Below, in pieces: positions 40,201 through 49,747 of a stretch of 64,000 nucleotides of DNA. The DNA lies in the IMG/VR virus record IMGVR_UViG_3300035497_000279, positions 1 to 64,000 of that record; one strand, given 5' to 3'. A model generated the notes under the pieces. That model saw only the letters and a program-made list of their open reading frames with translations, had not been told where the DNA came from and did no database searches. The first letter of the stretch is position 1; each line of letters starts with the position of its first letter. This DNA comes from a virus. Its lineage: Duplodnaviria > Caudoviricetes. The translations under genes and the position numbers were made by a program.

Positions 40201-42074
40201 GGGTAAAAAGACTGCACCCTAATTGGAATTTATCTAAAGGAAAACTTGCTTATGTTGTATGCCAGAATTGTGGTACTCGTAATGATATTCTTATAAATAA
40301 AGAACAAACTATAACCGAATCACAATATCCTAAAGCTAGTAAATCTATCAAACTATATCATGGTTCTACAAAACAAGGATTAAAATATATTAGTCCACGA
40401 TCTATAAATATAAAGAAAGAACTTGGTAAGAAAGATTTAGTTTTTGCATCTGATACTAAAGATTTTGCTGCATGTTTCTGCGGTAATTGGAATGATTCTA
40501 TAGCAAGACAGGGTTCTTGGGATGGATGGAATACTGTTACTATTGGAATTTCTGATAAAGTAGATATGGATAAACCATGCTCTTTATATGAATTAGAGAA
40601 TGATGGAGAATTCGAGCAGGTTGCAAGAAAAGAATTTGTATCTGACCACAAAGTTAAAGTGCTAAAAGAAACACAATATAAATCTTATAGAGAAGCATTA
40701 AGAGCTAATGGAATAGAAGTCATATCTTACCAAGAATATCAAGATAGATTAAAAGCTACTAAGAATGAATCTGCTATATTAGAAAGCAGTAATGATTTAT
40801 CGGCAATACTTAAATTTAATCAATATATGCTAGACAAAGAGTATGTAGTAAATTCAGGAAATGGTAAAGTTATTGATCAAGAATCACCTGAAGATTTTTG
40901 CAAGTATTACAGATTAATGAGCCCGAAAGAGTTTGAGAAATTTGGTGGAGGAGTTTGTTGGGATTATGTACCATATGAAGCTTATTATTTTAGCAAGAAC
41001 TTTCCAAATATTAAGTATAAAACCTTTTATCATGTTTTTAATGATAATCATAATTGTCCGACTCATACATTTTTATTATTCTATATGAATAATAAATGCT
41101 ATTGGTTTGAAGCAAGTTGGAAGAAGTATGCTGGAGTATATGAATTTAACTCTGAGATGGATGCATTAAATTATATAGTTTATAATCTTAGTCTATTTGT
41201 GGATAATAATAAAGTGGTTAATGATTACACATGTGAATATAATGCATTAAATCAGAAAATATATGGAATGAATACGATTGAATTTATGAACTATATGGAT
41301 GCATTACCAAAGTATAATTATCAAAAATTTAGTATGTCAAAACCAAATACTATATATAAACCCAGCTCTCCAACTAATAAACTATATAATGAATTATCTC
41401 TATTAGAAGAAGTTGCTATAAATAGTAAATATTTAGAAAGAGATGATTATTGTTACAATCTTGACTTATGGGATCCATTCTCAAATAATATACTTTATAT
41501 TACTGGAGTATCTGGTTCTGGCAAAACTACGTTAGCTATAGATATTGCTAAAGAATTTAACTGTAATATAGTTGAATTGGATGATATTGCTAATTATAAT
41601 TACACTAAATATCTTAATAATGGCAATAAGCAGTCGATTATTTATAATTGCATTAAAAGAAATTGTGCTGGAGCTGAAAGATTCTTTGATACACATAAGT
41701 ATGAGCCATATAATAATCCCAATATTGGTCTTAAAGTATGTAATGACTTCTTAAAATGGTTTATTGAAAATATGAGTAATGATGGCAATCTTTATGTCAT
41801 AAATGGAGCACAGATATATTACATGGTTGAACCATCTTATTTTGCTGATAAACCTATAATAATTAAGAAGAGTGATTTATTTACCTCTATCAATAGAAGG
41901 AGTCAAAGAGAATCAAAAGACCTAAAAACTTACATAAAGAAATATATTGATTTTCTTGCTAAGAGTCCATATAGAGATGCTCAAAGAAGTGCTGTTACAT
42001 TTGCAAAAGATATTGGTAGATTAACTAATGAATCATCTATAGACTATCTATGCTTAGATGATGATGAGGAATAA
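37275..42074 (+). CDS. Large multidomain late protein: zinc finger + TnsA/gp4-like PD-(D/E)XK nuclease, two repeated domains, two ADP-ribosyltransferase-like domains, zinc ribbon, transglutaminase-like domain, P-loop kinase
   Basis: CPYC..H..H; YIPDFY...IEVKD; FYHLVP; LYHGS...VFAS; GVCWD..HTF..WFE; ITGVSGSGKTT; GACA-N6-TA promoter at 37234-37245. Confidence 0.75.
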   Translation: MSSKRYKCPYCNERLDRAKLIKHVDKSHQELIPDTFTATQVVYNSVNKTTGGKCRVCGRLTKWDESKGRYEVLCNDPRCKQKLRDDYKKNMLRVKGTYNILNDPEQQKLMLANRSISGEYQFQDGGKVGYTGSYEKKCLEFMDVVMNIKSDDIMSPGPTMEYEYNGEKHVYIPDFYYIPYNLIIEVKDGGSNKNAKDSPSMKASREKTIEKERLITDKGVYNYVRLTDNQFAQLIEIFMDIKEKLINGDPSKTVRVNENTADILMENVFEEAGFIGGKELKESVFIESENPTRYFVSDKELSNAPVGGNENPVSAICLYASRNIGNSYSTKDGINTTVRSKFKQQVYFYKFNTNDRSFDLEYSGTFEDLCDKKGIKIKEINDARKNNHINAYKQAVQLCKQELQKNKAINKHVKFPSTGDNLDRFSAEVGDITIFCINSKTSNNDNDEFKEKVIKPVAKMMTEVNKQLPDGYSMDIKPCYIKGEGYTYALKTTNNLKEAAVITEGVMFAFAGIVLGITVLAELEKAFKKAVNTYYVYMVSDKELKEIPKYGCDSKRAALVQYGYYNLNFRKGDKNILYEDKSTGNVSKKVYLYKFKKDSLILVDYGPFDILCASNKIEIEPFDKSNSTKNKDTADKAIKYLYNYINSKSDIICGEINWCKVHKDYSWNNAKDRDTKLFHLDLTNKNLKQVNGDIRNILKSCVNYTNKKLPKDYKLILKYGTGDVDCLLLYAGKKRTEESFKESLLESKNEPFYFYHLVPKGANVSNGITSLEYQYNHNIDDFLNNSNKYRARLCNGWGIYPGINPNSLSYSDIHDGINQHRNSVDGCNKIYLFRYAPYKELGAQMKKILSGKDIYRVDVDRLLKDGVITSIDYGYVDSNTDNDRLDEDWYRNISYEDYFKNYTESDPDRLLFSYMNHISVTPKDGVIPKKYLTKINNYNKISEGAGLMIQNYTCYECNYTADETEVQFDQHPDYNRVKRLHPNWNLSKGKLAYVVCQNCGTRNDILINKEQTITESQYPKASKSIKLYHGSTKQGLKYISPRSINIKKELGKKDLVFASDTKDFAACFCGNWNDSIARQGSWDGWNTVTIGISDKVDMDKPCSLYELENDGEFEQVARKEFVSDHKVKVLKETQYKSYREALRANGIEVISYQEYQDRLKATKNESAILESSNDLSAILKFNQYMLDKEYVVNSGNGKVIDQESPEDFCKYYRLMSPKEFEKFGGGVCWDYVPYEAYYFSKNFPNIKYKTFYHVFNDNHNCPTHTFLLFYMNNKCYWFEASWKKYAGVYEFNSEMDALNYIVYNLSLFVDNNKVVNDYTCEYNALNQKIYGMNTIEFMNYMDALPKYNYQKFSMSKPNTIYKPSSPTNKLYNELSLLEEVAINSKYLERDDYCYNLDLWDPFSNNILYITGVSGSGKTTLAIDIAKEFNCNIVELDDIANYNYTKYLNNGNKQSIIYNCIKRNCAGAERFFDTHKYEPYNNPNIGLKVCNDFLKWFIENMSNDGNLYVINGAQIYYMVEPSYFADKPIIIKKSDLFTSINRRSQRESKDLKTYIKKYIDFLAKSPYRDAQRSAVTFAKDIGRLTNESSIDYLCLDDDEE

Positions 42075-42193
42075 GAATATCATAGTTAATAAAAATTTAT
42101 TAGGCTAGGTTAAATCCTAGCCTAATCTTTTTGTATTTATAGGAGCTTAAACTTAGAGGTAATAAACTATAAAATATTTGGAGGTGATATGAT

Positions 42194-42487
42194 ATGGTAG
42201 ACACCCAATTACAAGAATTATTAAAAGAATTAGAATGCATTGTCATTAATTCAATATGCCATAATTGTACAGATTATTATCAATTTACGGCTCAATATAA
42301 TGAAATATTGCATAATTATGCTGAATATTGGAATAGAATAAATTATGGGGAAGAAATTGAACTGGTGTTTAACTTAGATGAAGAGGCTAGTGAAAGATCA
42401 CATGTGATAGGTAATTTAACTATTACTGGGCCTGGAGCTGATTATTTTAAATCTATTATTCGAGATGGGGTTAATTATAATAACTAA
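42194..42487 (+). CDS. Hypothetical protein
   Basis: SD GGAGG; AACT-N6-TA at 42150-42161. Confidence 0.7.
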   Translation: MVDTQLQELLKELECIVINSICHNCTDYYQFTAQYNEILHNYAEYWNRINYGEEIELVFNLDEEASERSHVIGNLTITGPGADYFKSIIRDGVNYNN

Positions 42488-42550
42488 AATGATTATATAT
42501 TATATTTTTGTAATAGTATAATAAAATTATATTTAATAATGAGGTTTAAT

Positions 42551-43021
42551 ATGGATGATAAAGAATTTATTAAACAAAAAGTAATTAAAGCTATTAAGCT
42601 TAGAGCAGCACTTATCAAAGATATGCAGGATCTTGGTATTAAATCTTTATGGGAAAATGTACCAAAACTAAATCATTATAATAGTGCAAAGCAGTATACT
42701 AGTTTAGTAATTGCGTACTCTAATCGTTATCCTGAAAAAATCTATACTCCGATTGGTTATATTAATATCACAACTAGTGACACTGTATACGCCACTAATA
42801 AAAACTCCAGTACACAAACTATGAATCTTATTACTAGCAAATATGGATTTGAACTTGCTTACGTAATGCAAACGTATGATTTCGGATCTTTTGGTCCATG
42901 GTATTCTGAGGATGGTGAAATACATGATGTTAGTAGTAATTTAAACGACTATGAATGTGAAGATATATATGAAGAAGCGTTACAGGAGGCTGCATATGAT
43001 AGCACCAATACGTATTGGTAA
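42551..43021 (+). CDS. Hypothetical early protein
   Basis: Early promoter at 42496-42504. Confidence 0.7.
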   Translation: MDDKEFIKQKVIKAIKLRAALIKDMQDLGIKSLWENVPKLNHYNSAKQYTSLVIAYSNRYPEKIYTPIGYINITTSDTVYATNKNSSTQTMNLITSKYGFELAYVMQTYDFGSFGPWYSEDGEIHDVSSNLNDYECEDIYEEALQEAAYDSTNTYW

Positions 43022-43072
43022 TCAATTGTTTGAACAGAATTGTAGAATTTATATAATAAGGAGGATATAAAA

Positions 43073-43372
43073 ATGGCAGTATGTGAGTATTGTAACAATG
43101 AAATGCTTAGTGGTTCATCGTGTCTCTCGACGTTAGTTATTAATGGGTCAAGATATCAAAGAATAAAATATGGAGATCCAAATGATTTGTATCCAGATAT
43201 TGCTGATAAAACTAGTTGTCCTGATTGTGCTTGTCTTAAAGGTGCGTATCATCATTGGTTGTGTGATATGGAACGATGCCCAAAATGTGGTAATCAGTTA
43301 CTTATGTGCGATTGTGATGTGTATATGGATTCAGGACACATGTGTACTAAAGTCACAGATAAAGAATCATAA
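43073..43372 (+). CDS. Cys/His-rich zinc-binding protein
   Basis: CPDC...HHWLCDMERCPKCGNQLLMCDC. Confidence 0.75.
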   Translation: MAVCEYCNNEMLSGSSCLSTLVINGSRYQRIKYGDPNDLYPDIADKTSCPDCACLKGAYHHWLCDMERCPKCGNQLLMCDCDVYMDSGHMCTKVTDKES

Positions 43373-43393
43373 TTTAAAACTGGAGGAAAATAT

Positions 43394-44053
43394 ATGATAC
43401 TGGTAAATAGAGACGAAATTAGTAAGGTATATGATATGATGAATCTTATGAATGAATATTTTGATGAAACTAATCATATCCCGCCACAGAATGTTTTCTA
43501 TTCAACATGTGTTACATTTTTGGATGAGAATGATACTTTAGATTTAGAGGGATTCTTTAATAAGATTATCATGCAGATAAATGTATTGTATGATATGGTA
43601 TATAATTTTAGTGAAACTAATAATGATTCGAAAGAATCAGAGATGGATAGAATTATAAATAAATATTCAAAAGAAGAAATCTTACCGATAGCATCAGAAT
43701 TATTTGTAATTTTTGAATATTTATTACCATCTGAGTATGGAATTTTGCATAAAATGATGCATCGTTCAGACTGCGAGAGATTGAAAGGATGGTTGGATAC
43801 GACTATCAAAGTCAATTACGATTATGATCCAAAGAGGGATCTAGCTAAGTGTATTCATAAGCTAGTAAGTCAATTGCGTTATTTATCAATGCATACAAAT
43901 GGTTATGTAAAAAATGATTACTATAAGTCTGTTTCATTTAATTATATTGAATGCTTAAGAGTTGTACTTAAATACATAGGTATGGGAAGTAAAGAGTTCT
44001 TTAATATGGTAAGAGCTATATGTGCTTTGTATACCAAAAAGTTACAACTGTAA
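43394..44053 (+). CDS. Hypothetical protein (paralog of 45049..45693)
   Basis: Shared ILPIASELFVIFE and FFNM..A.C..Y.K. Confidence 0.75.
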   Translation: MILVNRDEISKVYDMMNLMNEYFDETNHIPPQNVFYSTCVTFLDENDTLDLEGFFNKIIMQINVLYDMVYNFSETNNDSKESEMDRIINKYSKEEILPIASELFVIFEYLLPSEYGILHKMMHRSDCERLKGWLDTTIKVNYDYDPKRDLAKCIHKLVSQLRYLSMHTNGYVKNDYYKSVSFNYIECLRVVLKYIGMGSKEFFNMVRAICALYTKKLQL

Positions 44054-44079
44054 AACACAAATTATATACCTAAAGGAGG

Positions 44080-44556
44080 ATGATTAAAATGAAGGTAGAA
44101 TATAATATTAAGGTAAAAGCATTAACTTATGATTTAGGATGTAAAATCTTTAATCAGACTTACAGCACATTAGAATCAATGTGTAATTCTTTAGAGAATA
44201 TGAATGTAAACTTTTATCATAAGATCAAGAAAACGAAATACGGATTCAATTTAAAAATCTCTGAAGGAGATGTTTATCCGTCAATTGGTTTTATTAGAAA
44301 GTATGGTACTCATACAAGGTCGACATACTCTGCTGATAACAATTTTGTTATTAAAATTGAATGTAATAATGCTAAAAAAGCAGAGTCATTATCAAGAGAT
44401 ATTTATAATAGACTCGTAGATTCATTTGACTATGAACTTGGCAAAATCACTTATGATGTAGGGTATGACGCAACGATAAAAATAATATTCAGAGCAGACT
44501 CAGATTGTATGCCAATCTTGTTACTTTTACGAAACAGAGAAAACATAAGGGGGTAA
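44080..44556 (+). CDS. Hypothetical protein (paralog of 44561..45034)
   Basis: Shared MKV.Y.I..KA, PSIGFI, F.I.I.C.N. Confidence 0.75.
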   Translation: MIKMKVEYNIKVKALTYDLGCKIFNQTYSTLESMCNSLENMNVNFYHKIKKTKYGFNLKISEGDVYPSIGFIRKYGTHTRSTYSADNNFVIKIECNNAKKAESLSRDIYNRLVDSFDYELGKITYDVGYDATIKIIFRADSDCMPILLLLRNRENIRG

Positions 44557-44560
44557 ATGT

Positions 44561-45034
44561 ATGAAGGTGCAGTATAGTATTATAGCAAAAGCAGAAAATG
44601 CTGAATTGTTGCATAGAATTGAGAATCAGGCTTTAAATGCTATTAAGTCTATTTCTAGTGATAATAAATTGGGTATTGAAACTGGTGCATTAAATGAACA
44701 AATTGGGTTTTATTTAATAACCACTCAAGAGGTTGAAGATGACACCAATATTATATGCCCATCAATTGGGTTTATTCAGGAAGAAGGAGTCAATAGAGAG
44801 CATGGTTCTATTTATTTTAATAATTTTGATATAACGATTGCTTGTTCTAATCATGAATTGATTAATAGAACCTATATTGGAATGCATAATAAATTATGTG
44901 GATTACCAGACTATATGGATAATAATGTTATACTTCGTATGGAAGATAAAATAACTGTACGGTTTTTACCGGAGTCAAGATGTATACCAGTATTTTTATT
45001 CCTACAATATCAAAATCCTATGTTTAGCGTATAA
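44561..45034 (+). CDS. Hypothetical protein (paralog of 44080..44556)
   Basis: Same shared motifs as 44080..44556. Confidence 0.75.
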   Translation: MKVQYSIIAKAENAELLHRIENQALNAIKSISSDNKLGIETGALNEQIGFYLITTQEVEDDTNIICPSIGFIQEEGVNREHGSIYFNNFDITIACSNHELINRTYIGMHNKLCGLPDYMDNNVILRMEDKITVRFLPESRCIPVFLFLQYQNPMFSV

Positions 45035-45048
45035 GGAGGCGAAATAGT

Positions 45049-45693
45049 ATGTTATTATGCAAAAACGATATCAATGAGACTTTCGATACAATAACTATTC
45101 TTGATAATTATTGTACCAAAAATAATACAATATTGGACAACGCTGCATTAGATGCATGTAAAGTAACTTTCGGAGGTAGAAAAATATGCTTACCAAAATT
45201 ATTTAAATATCTTAATAAATATATAATGCAAGTATATACTAACGTATGTACCAATTTAGCAATGAAAGAATCGAGGATTATAGATTATGAAATCAATGCT
45301 TATGCTTTAAGAAATATATTGCCAATAGCATCAGAATTATTTGTTATATTTGAAATTGGACTCCCATATATTTATAATACATTAAGAATACCAATTCATG
45401 ACTATATCTGTAATATCGATATGGATAAATTTTACAATATGCTCCATTTTTATAATTGCTCTACTAAATTAATTAATGAATTACAAAATGCAGAGCGATA
45501 TACAGATACAGATAATCCTAATGAATATATAGATTTAATTAGGCGCTATTATCTTAAATGGATTGAAATTATTATAGTTGTTACAGGAATAACCAACAAA
45601 CAATTTTTCAATATGACATGGGCTGTATGCATTAATTATTTGAAGTTGGGCAATAAAGATATTGACAAATACTTGTATGATGATATATTGTAG
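45049..45693 (+). CDS. Hypothetical protein (paralog of 43394..44053)
   Basis: Same shared motifs as 43394..44053; followed by a terminator. Confidence 0.75.
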   Translation: MLLCKNDINETFDTITILDNYCTKNNTILDNAALDACKVTFGGRKICLPKLFKYLNKYIMQVYTNVCTNLAMKESRIIDYEINAYALRNILPIASELFVIFEIGLPYIYNTLRIPIHDYICNIDMDKFYNMLHFYNCSTKLINELQNAERYTDTDNPNEYIDLIRRYYLKWIEIIIVVTGITNKQFFNMTWAVCINYLKLGNKDIDKYLYDDIL

Positions 45694-45814
45694 ATATCTA
45701 AATACTAACAAGGATAGTGTATATGCACTATCCTTACTTGTTTTTTGTTTATTTTTAATTATATATTATATATGTAGTAGTAGCAAATAATATTCAATAT
45801 AAGGAGGGAAAGAT

Positions 45815-46132
45815 ATGAAGATATTAAACTATACGCCACACGAAATTAACTTGATTAAAGAAAACGGGTACAGCATTTCAATACCATCAACAGGTATAGC
45901 TCGTGTATCAAGTACTGAAAAGGTAGTTTCTACCTTGGATGGTATTACAGAAACAGAAACAGTATACGGTGAGGTAGAAGGTCTTCCTGCTCCGGCAGAT
46001 GATACTATTATCATCGTATCCCGCCTTGTATTATCAAGGTGCCCTGATAGATCTGACTTTCGGGCTCCAGGTTTACAGGTACGTGATGATGAAGGCAGAG
46101 TAATTGGTTGCAAGTCCCTGGCTCGCAATTAA
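45815..46132 (+). CDS. NxTPH-family small phage protein
   Basis: NYTPHEI, GLP, IIVS, VRDDEGRVIG; standalone early cassette. Confidence 0.8.
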   Translation: MKILNYTPHEINLIKENGYSISIPSTGIARVSSTEKVVSTLDGITETETVYGEVEGLPAPADDTIIIVSRLVLSRCPDRSDFRAPGLQVRDDEGRVIGCKSLARN

Positions 46133-46278
46133 TTACAATAAAGGGCTCGCTTCGGCGGGCTTCTTTTTTGTCTATTATCTACGTTCCTGAGGTTGAAATT
46201 GTAAAAGTTGTAAATTTCAGCTATATAATATAATGATGTAAAAGTAGTAGTAATACATATTTTAAGGAGGAAATTCTT

Positions 46279-46698
46279 ATGAGAAAAGAAGTTAAACGCA
46301 TTTATCAAACAGCACAGAAGTACATGACACATGAGAACAAAAAAATGAGGAGAACATCCTCGAAGCCAGAATACCCACTGGTTGACGACATGCTGAACGG
46401 GGCTAGACATCTTAGTTATTCAACAGACGGCATGGAGTTAAACATCATCGTCGGTGAAAAATACTGTATGGTATATGTATCCGATGATGAAAGCATTGAA
46501 TCACTGAAGCTCACAGCGTACGAGTACAAACTCGTAAAAGAGCACATCAGGAGGCAGAGGGATGATGCAATCATGCGGCTCCAGCAGATGAGAGATGACT
46601 ATAAAATGAGCAAAATGATCGCATTGATTAACGAGCAGATTGATAAAAGGGAGGCTGAGAAGTATTGCAGGAATCTGCCGGCACTTAAGAAAAACTAG
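46279..46698 (+). CDS. Hypothetical early protein
   Basis: Own promoter, SD and terminator. Confidence 0.75.
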   Translation: MRKEVKRIYQTAQKYMTHENKKMRRTSSKPEYPLVDDMLNGARHLSYSTDGMELNIIVGEKYCMVYVSDDESIESLKLTAYEYKLVKEHIRRQRDDAIMRLQQMRDDYKMSKMIALINEQIDKREAEKYCRNLPALKKN

Positions 46699-46858
46699 CA
46701 ACATGGGGGTCTCTTGACCCCCTAATATTTTTTATTAATTTCGTTTATTTTTTATTACTTTATTCTATGATCCAATTGGGCGATAATAATAAAAATTAAT
46801 TGTATAATATTATTGTGTAGTAGTATAAAAATATAATATATCTAAAGGAGGGAAGATT

Positions 46859-47410
46859 ATGAATAATACTACAGCTGAGGTATTGATTAAAGGTATCGAG
46901 AACGGCACTATTAAATTAATAAAGTTCGCAAACACGGTATACGAGAGAATATCTGAATACGTATGGATGTACAGAAAACTTGACGATGGTAAGTCTGAAG
47001 GTGTAATGCTAAGTGATTATATTATCAAAAATATAAAGATATTTAACGAGAATGATTTTAAATTTGTGAATTTTTATCAGTTTACGATGAATGACATAAT
47101 GTGCACTCCAAACAGAATCATCTCACCAGAAATTGCAGAGATGATGGATAGTATTGTAATGCATCGTGATAATGTTGATTCAGTATCTGTAGGTGATGGC
47201 GAGTCAGTGTTTACATGGTATAACGTTGAAGGTGGTGATCACTGGATTGAGAGGGAACAGCATTTCGTAGATGGTGATGAGGTAAGTTGTAAAAGACGAA
47301 CCGTTGATTCTGTTAGCATTATTGAAACTATCTATAGGATTGAATATGCTAAAAAGGAAATGCAAGAAAAATTAAACATGTTTGAGAATTCAATAGCATA
47401 CTCCTCTTGA
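46859..47410 (+). CDS. Hypothetical early protein (tandem paralog 1)
   Basis: MNNTTAE.L.KGIE.GTIK shared with 47545. Confidence 0.8.
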   Translation: MNNTTAEVLIKGIENGTIKLIKFANTVYERISEYVWMYRKLDDGKSEGVMLSDYIIKNIKIFNENDFKFVNFYQFTMNDIMCTPNRIISPEIAEMMDSIVMHRDNVDSVSVGDGESVFTWYNVEGGDHWIEREQHFVDGDEVSCKRRTVDSVSIIETIYRIEYAKKEMQEKLNMFENSIAYSS

Positions 47411-47544
47411 ATATGTTTATGGCTAGGGTTATTCCCTGGCCATATTTTTTTGTTATATTATAATGCAAGAGTAATAGTATAAAAAATTAATTGCATAATA
47501 TTATTGTGTAGTAGTATAAAAATATAATCAAGGAGGGAAATATT

Positions 47545-48102
47545 ATGAATAATACTACAGCAGAAATACTTGTAAAAGGCATTGAGGACGGAACTATTAA
47601 AATTATAACATGCGGTAATATGACATACGAGAGAATATCTGAATACGCATGGATATATAACAGGAATGATGTAGATGGTAACATCGAGGGGGTAATATTC
47701 CGCAACGACCTGATTGACAGAGTAAAAACAATTGAAGATGATGATCCTGATGTATATTTTTATCGGTTTACCATGAATGACATACTATGCGCGTCTGACA
47801 GAATCATATCTCCAAAGAAGGCGGAGATTTTTGATGCGGCAATAATGCATCATGATCGTTTGGATTGTATATACGGAGGAGATGGTAGAGTAAACTACAC
47901 ATGGCATAGTGTAGACGATGGCACAGATCATTGGCTTGAGATTAGGGAGGAATATTATAACAATAAAAGAAAGCCAATTACAGATCTCACAGTAACTACA
48001 CTTCATCTCGTGGAAACAATGGTGAGGATGGAGTATTCGAAAAGGGAGTTGGAAGAAAGATTAAACCTGTTCGAGTCAGGAAGCATACGTTATTCTGAAT
48101 AA
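47545..48102 (+). CDS. Hypothetical early protein (tandem paralog 2)
   Basis: Duplicated together with promoter and an identical terminator. Confidence 0.8.
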   Translation: MNNTTAEILVKGIEDGTIKIITCGNMTYERISEYAWIYNRNDVDGNIEGVIFRNDLIDRVKTIEDDDPDVYFYRFTMNDILCASDRIISPKKAEIFDAAIMHHDRLDCIYGGDGRVNYTWHSVDDGTDHWLEIREEYYNNKRKPITDLTVTTLHLVETMVRMEYSKRELEERLNLFESGSIRYSE

Positions 48103-48249
48103 TATTTATGGCTAGGGTTATTCCCTGGCCATATTTTTTTGCTATATTCTATGATTCCGAATGGTATTAGTCTGTAAAACCTATTAATTTCAGCTATATA
48201 ATATAATGGTGTAAAAGTAGTAGTAATAATATCCTAAGGAGGGAAAACT

Positions 48250-48525
48250 ATGTTAAACGAAAAAATTATGAGGTACTATAATAATGTTAGAGGAGTCATT
48301 GCAGACGCAGTAGCTAAAATAACAAAAAATGATTGGAAGGAGCTAAGTAAATTATTTGCATCATCGTCAACATATAGCACATACGATTCTGATAGATTAA
48401 TACAACAGATCGTATACTTTTGCAAAATTTATTTATATGATCTGACGTCAGGAGCGGTTCCGGAGTTTAATGATTTCGAGTTAAATTTTATGGTTAGGAT
48501 GTTTATATTGGAACATCTCGACTAG
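48250..48525 (+). CDS. Hypothetical early protein
   Basis: Promoter nearly identical to that of 46279. Confidence 0.7.
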   Translation: MLNEKIMRYYNNVRGVIADAVAKITKNDWKELSKLFASSSTYSTYDSDRLIQQIVYFCKIYLYDLTSGAVPEFNDFELNFMVRMFILEHLD

Positions 48526-48662
48526 AAAAATGAGGGTAGCAAAAGCTATCCTTATTTTTTTCACTAATATTATTTTTTATCTTATATACTCTAATCTACA
48601 ATTAAGTATACTTTTAATTATATATTATATATAAGTATAAATACAAAAGAAAGGAGTAAAAA

Positions 48663-49592
48663 ATGGGGGAAACAAAAGATGAAACCATTGAGAGATGGTC
48701 AACTAAAAACATTAGCGATGAGAAAATTAAAAGCATTACAGATAAATTAAAATCTGGAATGAAAAAAGTTGATATCGCTGAATCTGTTGGTATATCATAT
48801 GTAACAGTTTATAGATACGCTAAAAAGTTAGGTTATGTTAAATGTAGGGGAGATAAAGAGGTAACCGAACCACTAAAACAAACAAAAAATTTAACAGAAT
48901 CTAAACCATTAGAAGAACACAATAACAGAGTACTACTAACTACAAAGAGGGAGACTTTAGAATGTGCGCTAATAAAAGATCGCCATACCGGAATTCCCAC
49001 AGATAAGTATATATTTAGTAGTATTAACCAACAAATAATGTTTAATTACAAACGTCTTGATGACATTGTTAAAAAATTCATAATTTCAAATATGGAATTT
49101 GTTAGTAATGAATCTGGAATAATGGTTGGGAGTAAGGACTTGGTTGTATATGTTACTGGGTTGGCATGTACCCAAGCATCAGTATTGAAAGTATGCCAAG
49201 AACTCAGAGTTAATTTAACTCTAATGCATTGGAACAAGCGTAGTAAACAATACTTTCCACAAGTAATTTGGAAAGATTTTGGGAGGCATAATATTAGAAG
49301 CATATTCCCGCTTACAGATAATATATGTATGCGTTGTACATATAAAGATCTTGAAGCCAATGAGTTCTATTATACAAGTGTAGTAGATGATGGTTATAAA
49401 GACAACATAATGAGAATGTATGAAAGCATAACGATCTGTAAGTCCGAAGAAGATATGTGGAATCAATATGGAGCCCAGTTCAGTGAATTAATGCCTGACA
49501 AAAATGCAAAGAAAATAATACGTGCTTTTAAAGCAAAACTCAAATCTGATGGTATGAGCAAACAGTGTTTATACCAAATGTCTACTTATTAA
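48663..49592 (+). CDS. HTH protein with a central Rossmann/CARF-like domain
   Basis: GMKKVDIAESVGISYVTVYRY HTH; DRH...YIF...LVVYVTGL...LTLMH. Confidence 0.55.
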   Translation: MGETKDETIERWSTKNISDEKIKSITDKLKSGMKKVDIAESVGISYVTVYRYAKKLGYVKCRGDKEVTEPLKQTKNLTESKPLEEHNNRVLLTTKRETLECALIKDRHTGIPTDKYIFSSINQQIMFNYKRLDDIVKKFIISNMEFVSNESGIMVGSKDLVVYVTGLACTQASVLKVCQELRVNLTLMHWNKRSKQYFPQVIWKDFGRHNIRSIFPLTDNICMRCTYKDLEANEFYYTSVVDDGYKDNIMRMYESITICKSEEDMWNQYGAQFSELMPDKNAKKIIRAFKAKLKSDGMSKQCLYQMSTY

Positions 49593-49747
49593 TAATAACA
49601 AGTCTATATGCGGTGAGGTATAATCCTCACCGCTATTTCTATTCGTTTTTATTTTTTGTCTATAATTAAATTCTAATAGAATTGTATACTATATAGGTAT
49701 ATAAGTAGTACGTATTATAAAACTATATCTTAAGGAGGGAACCAAAG

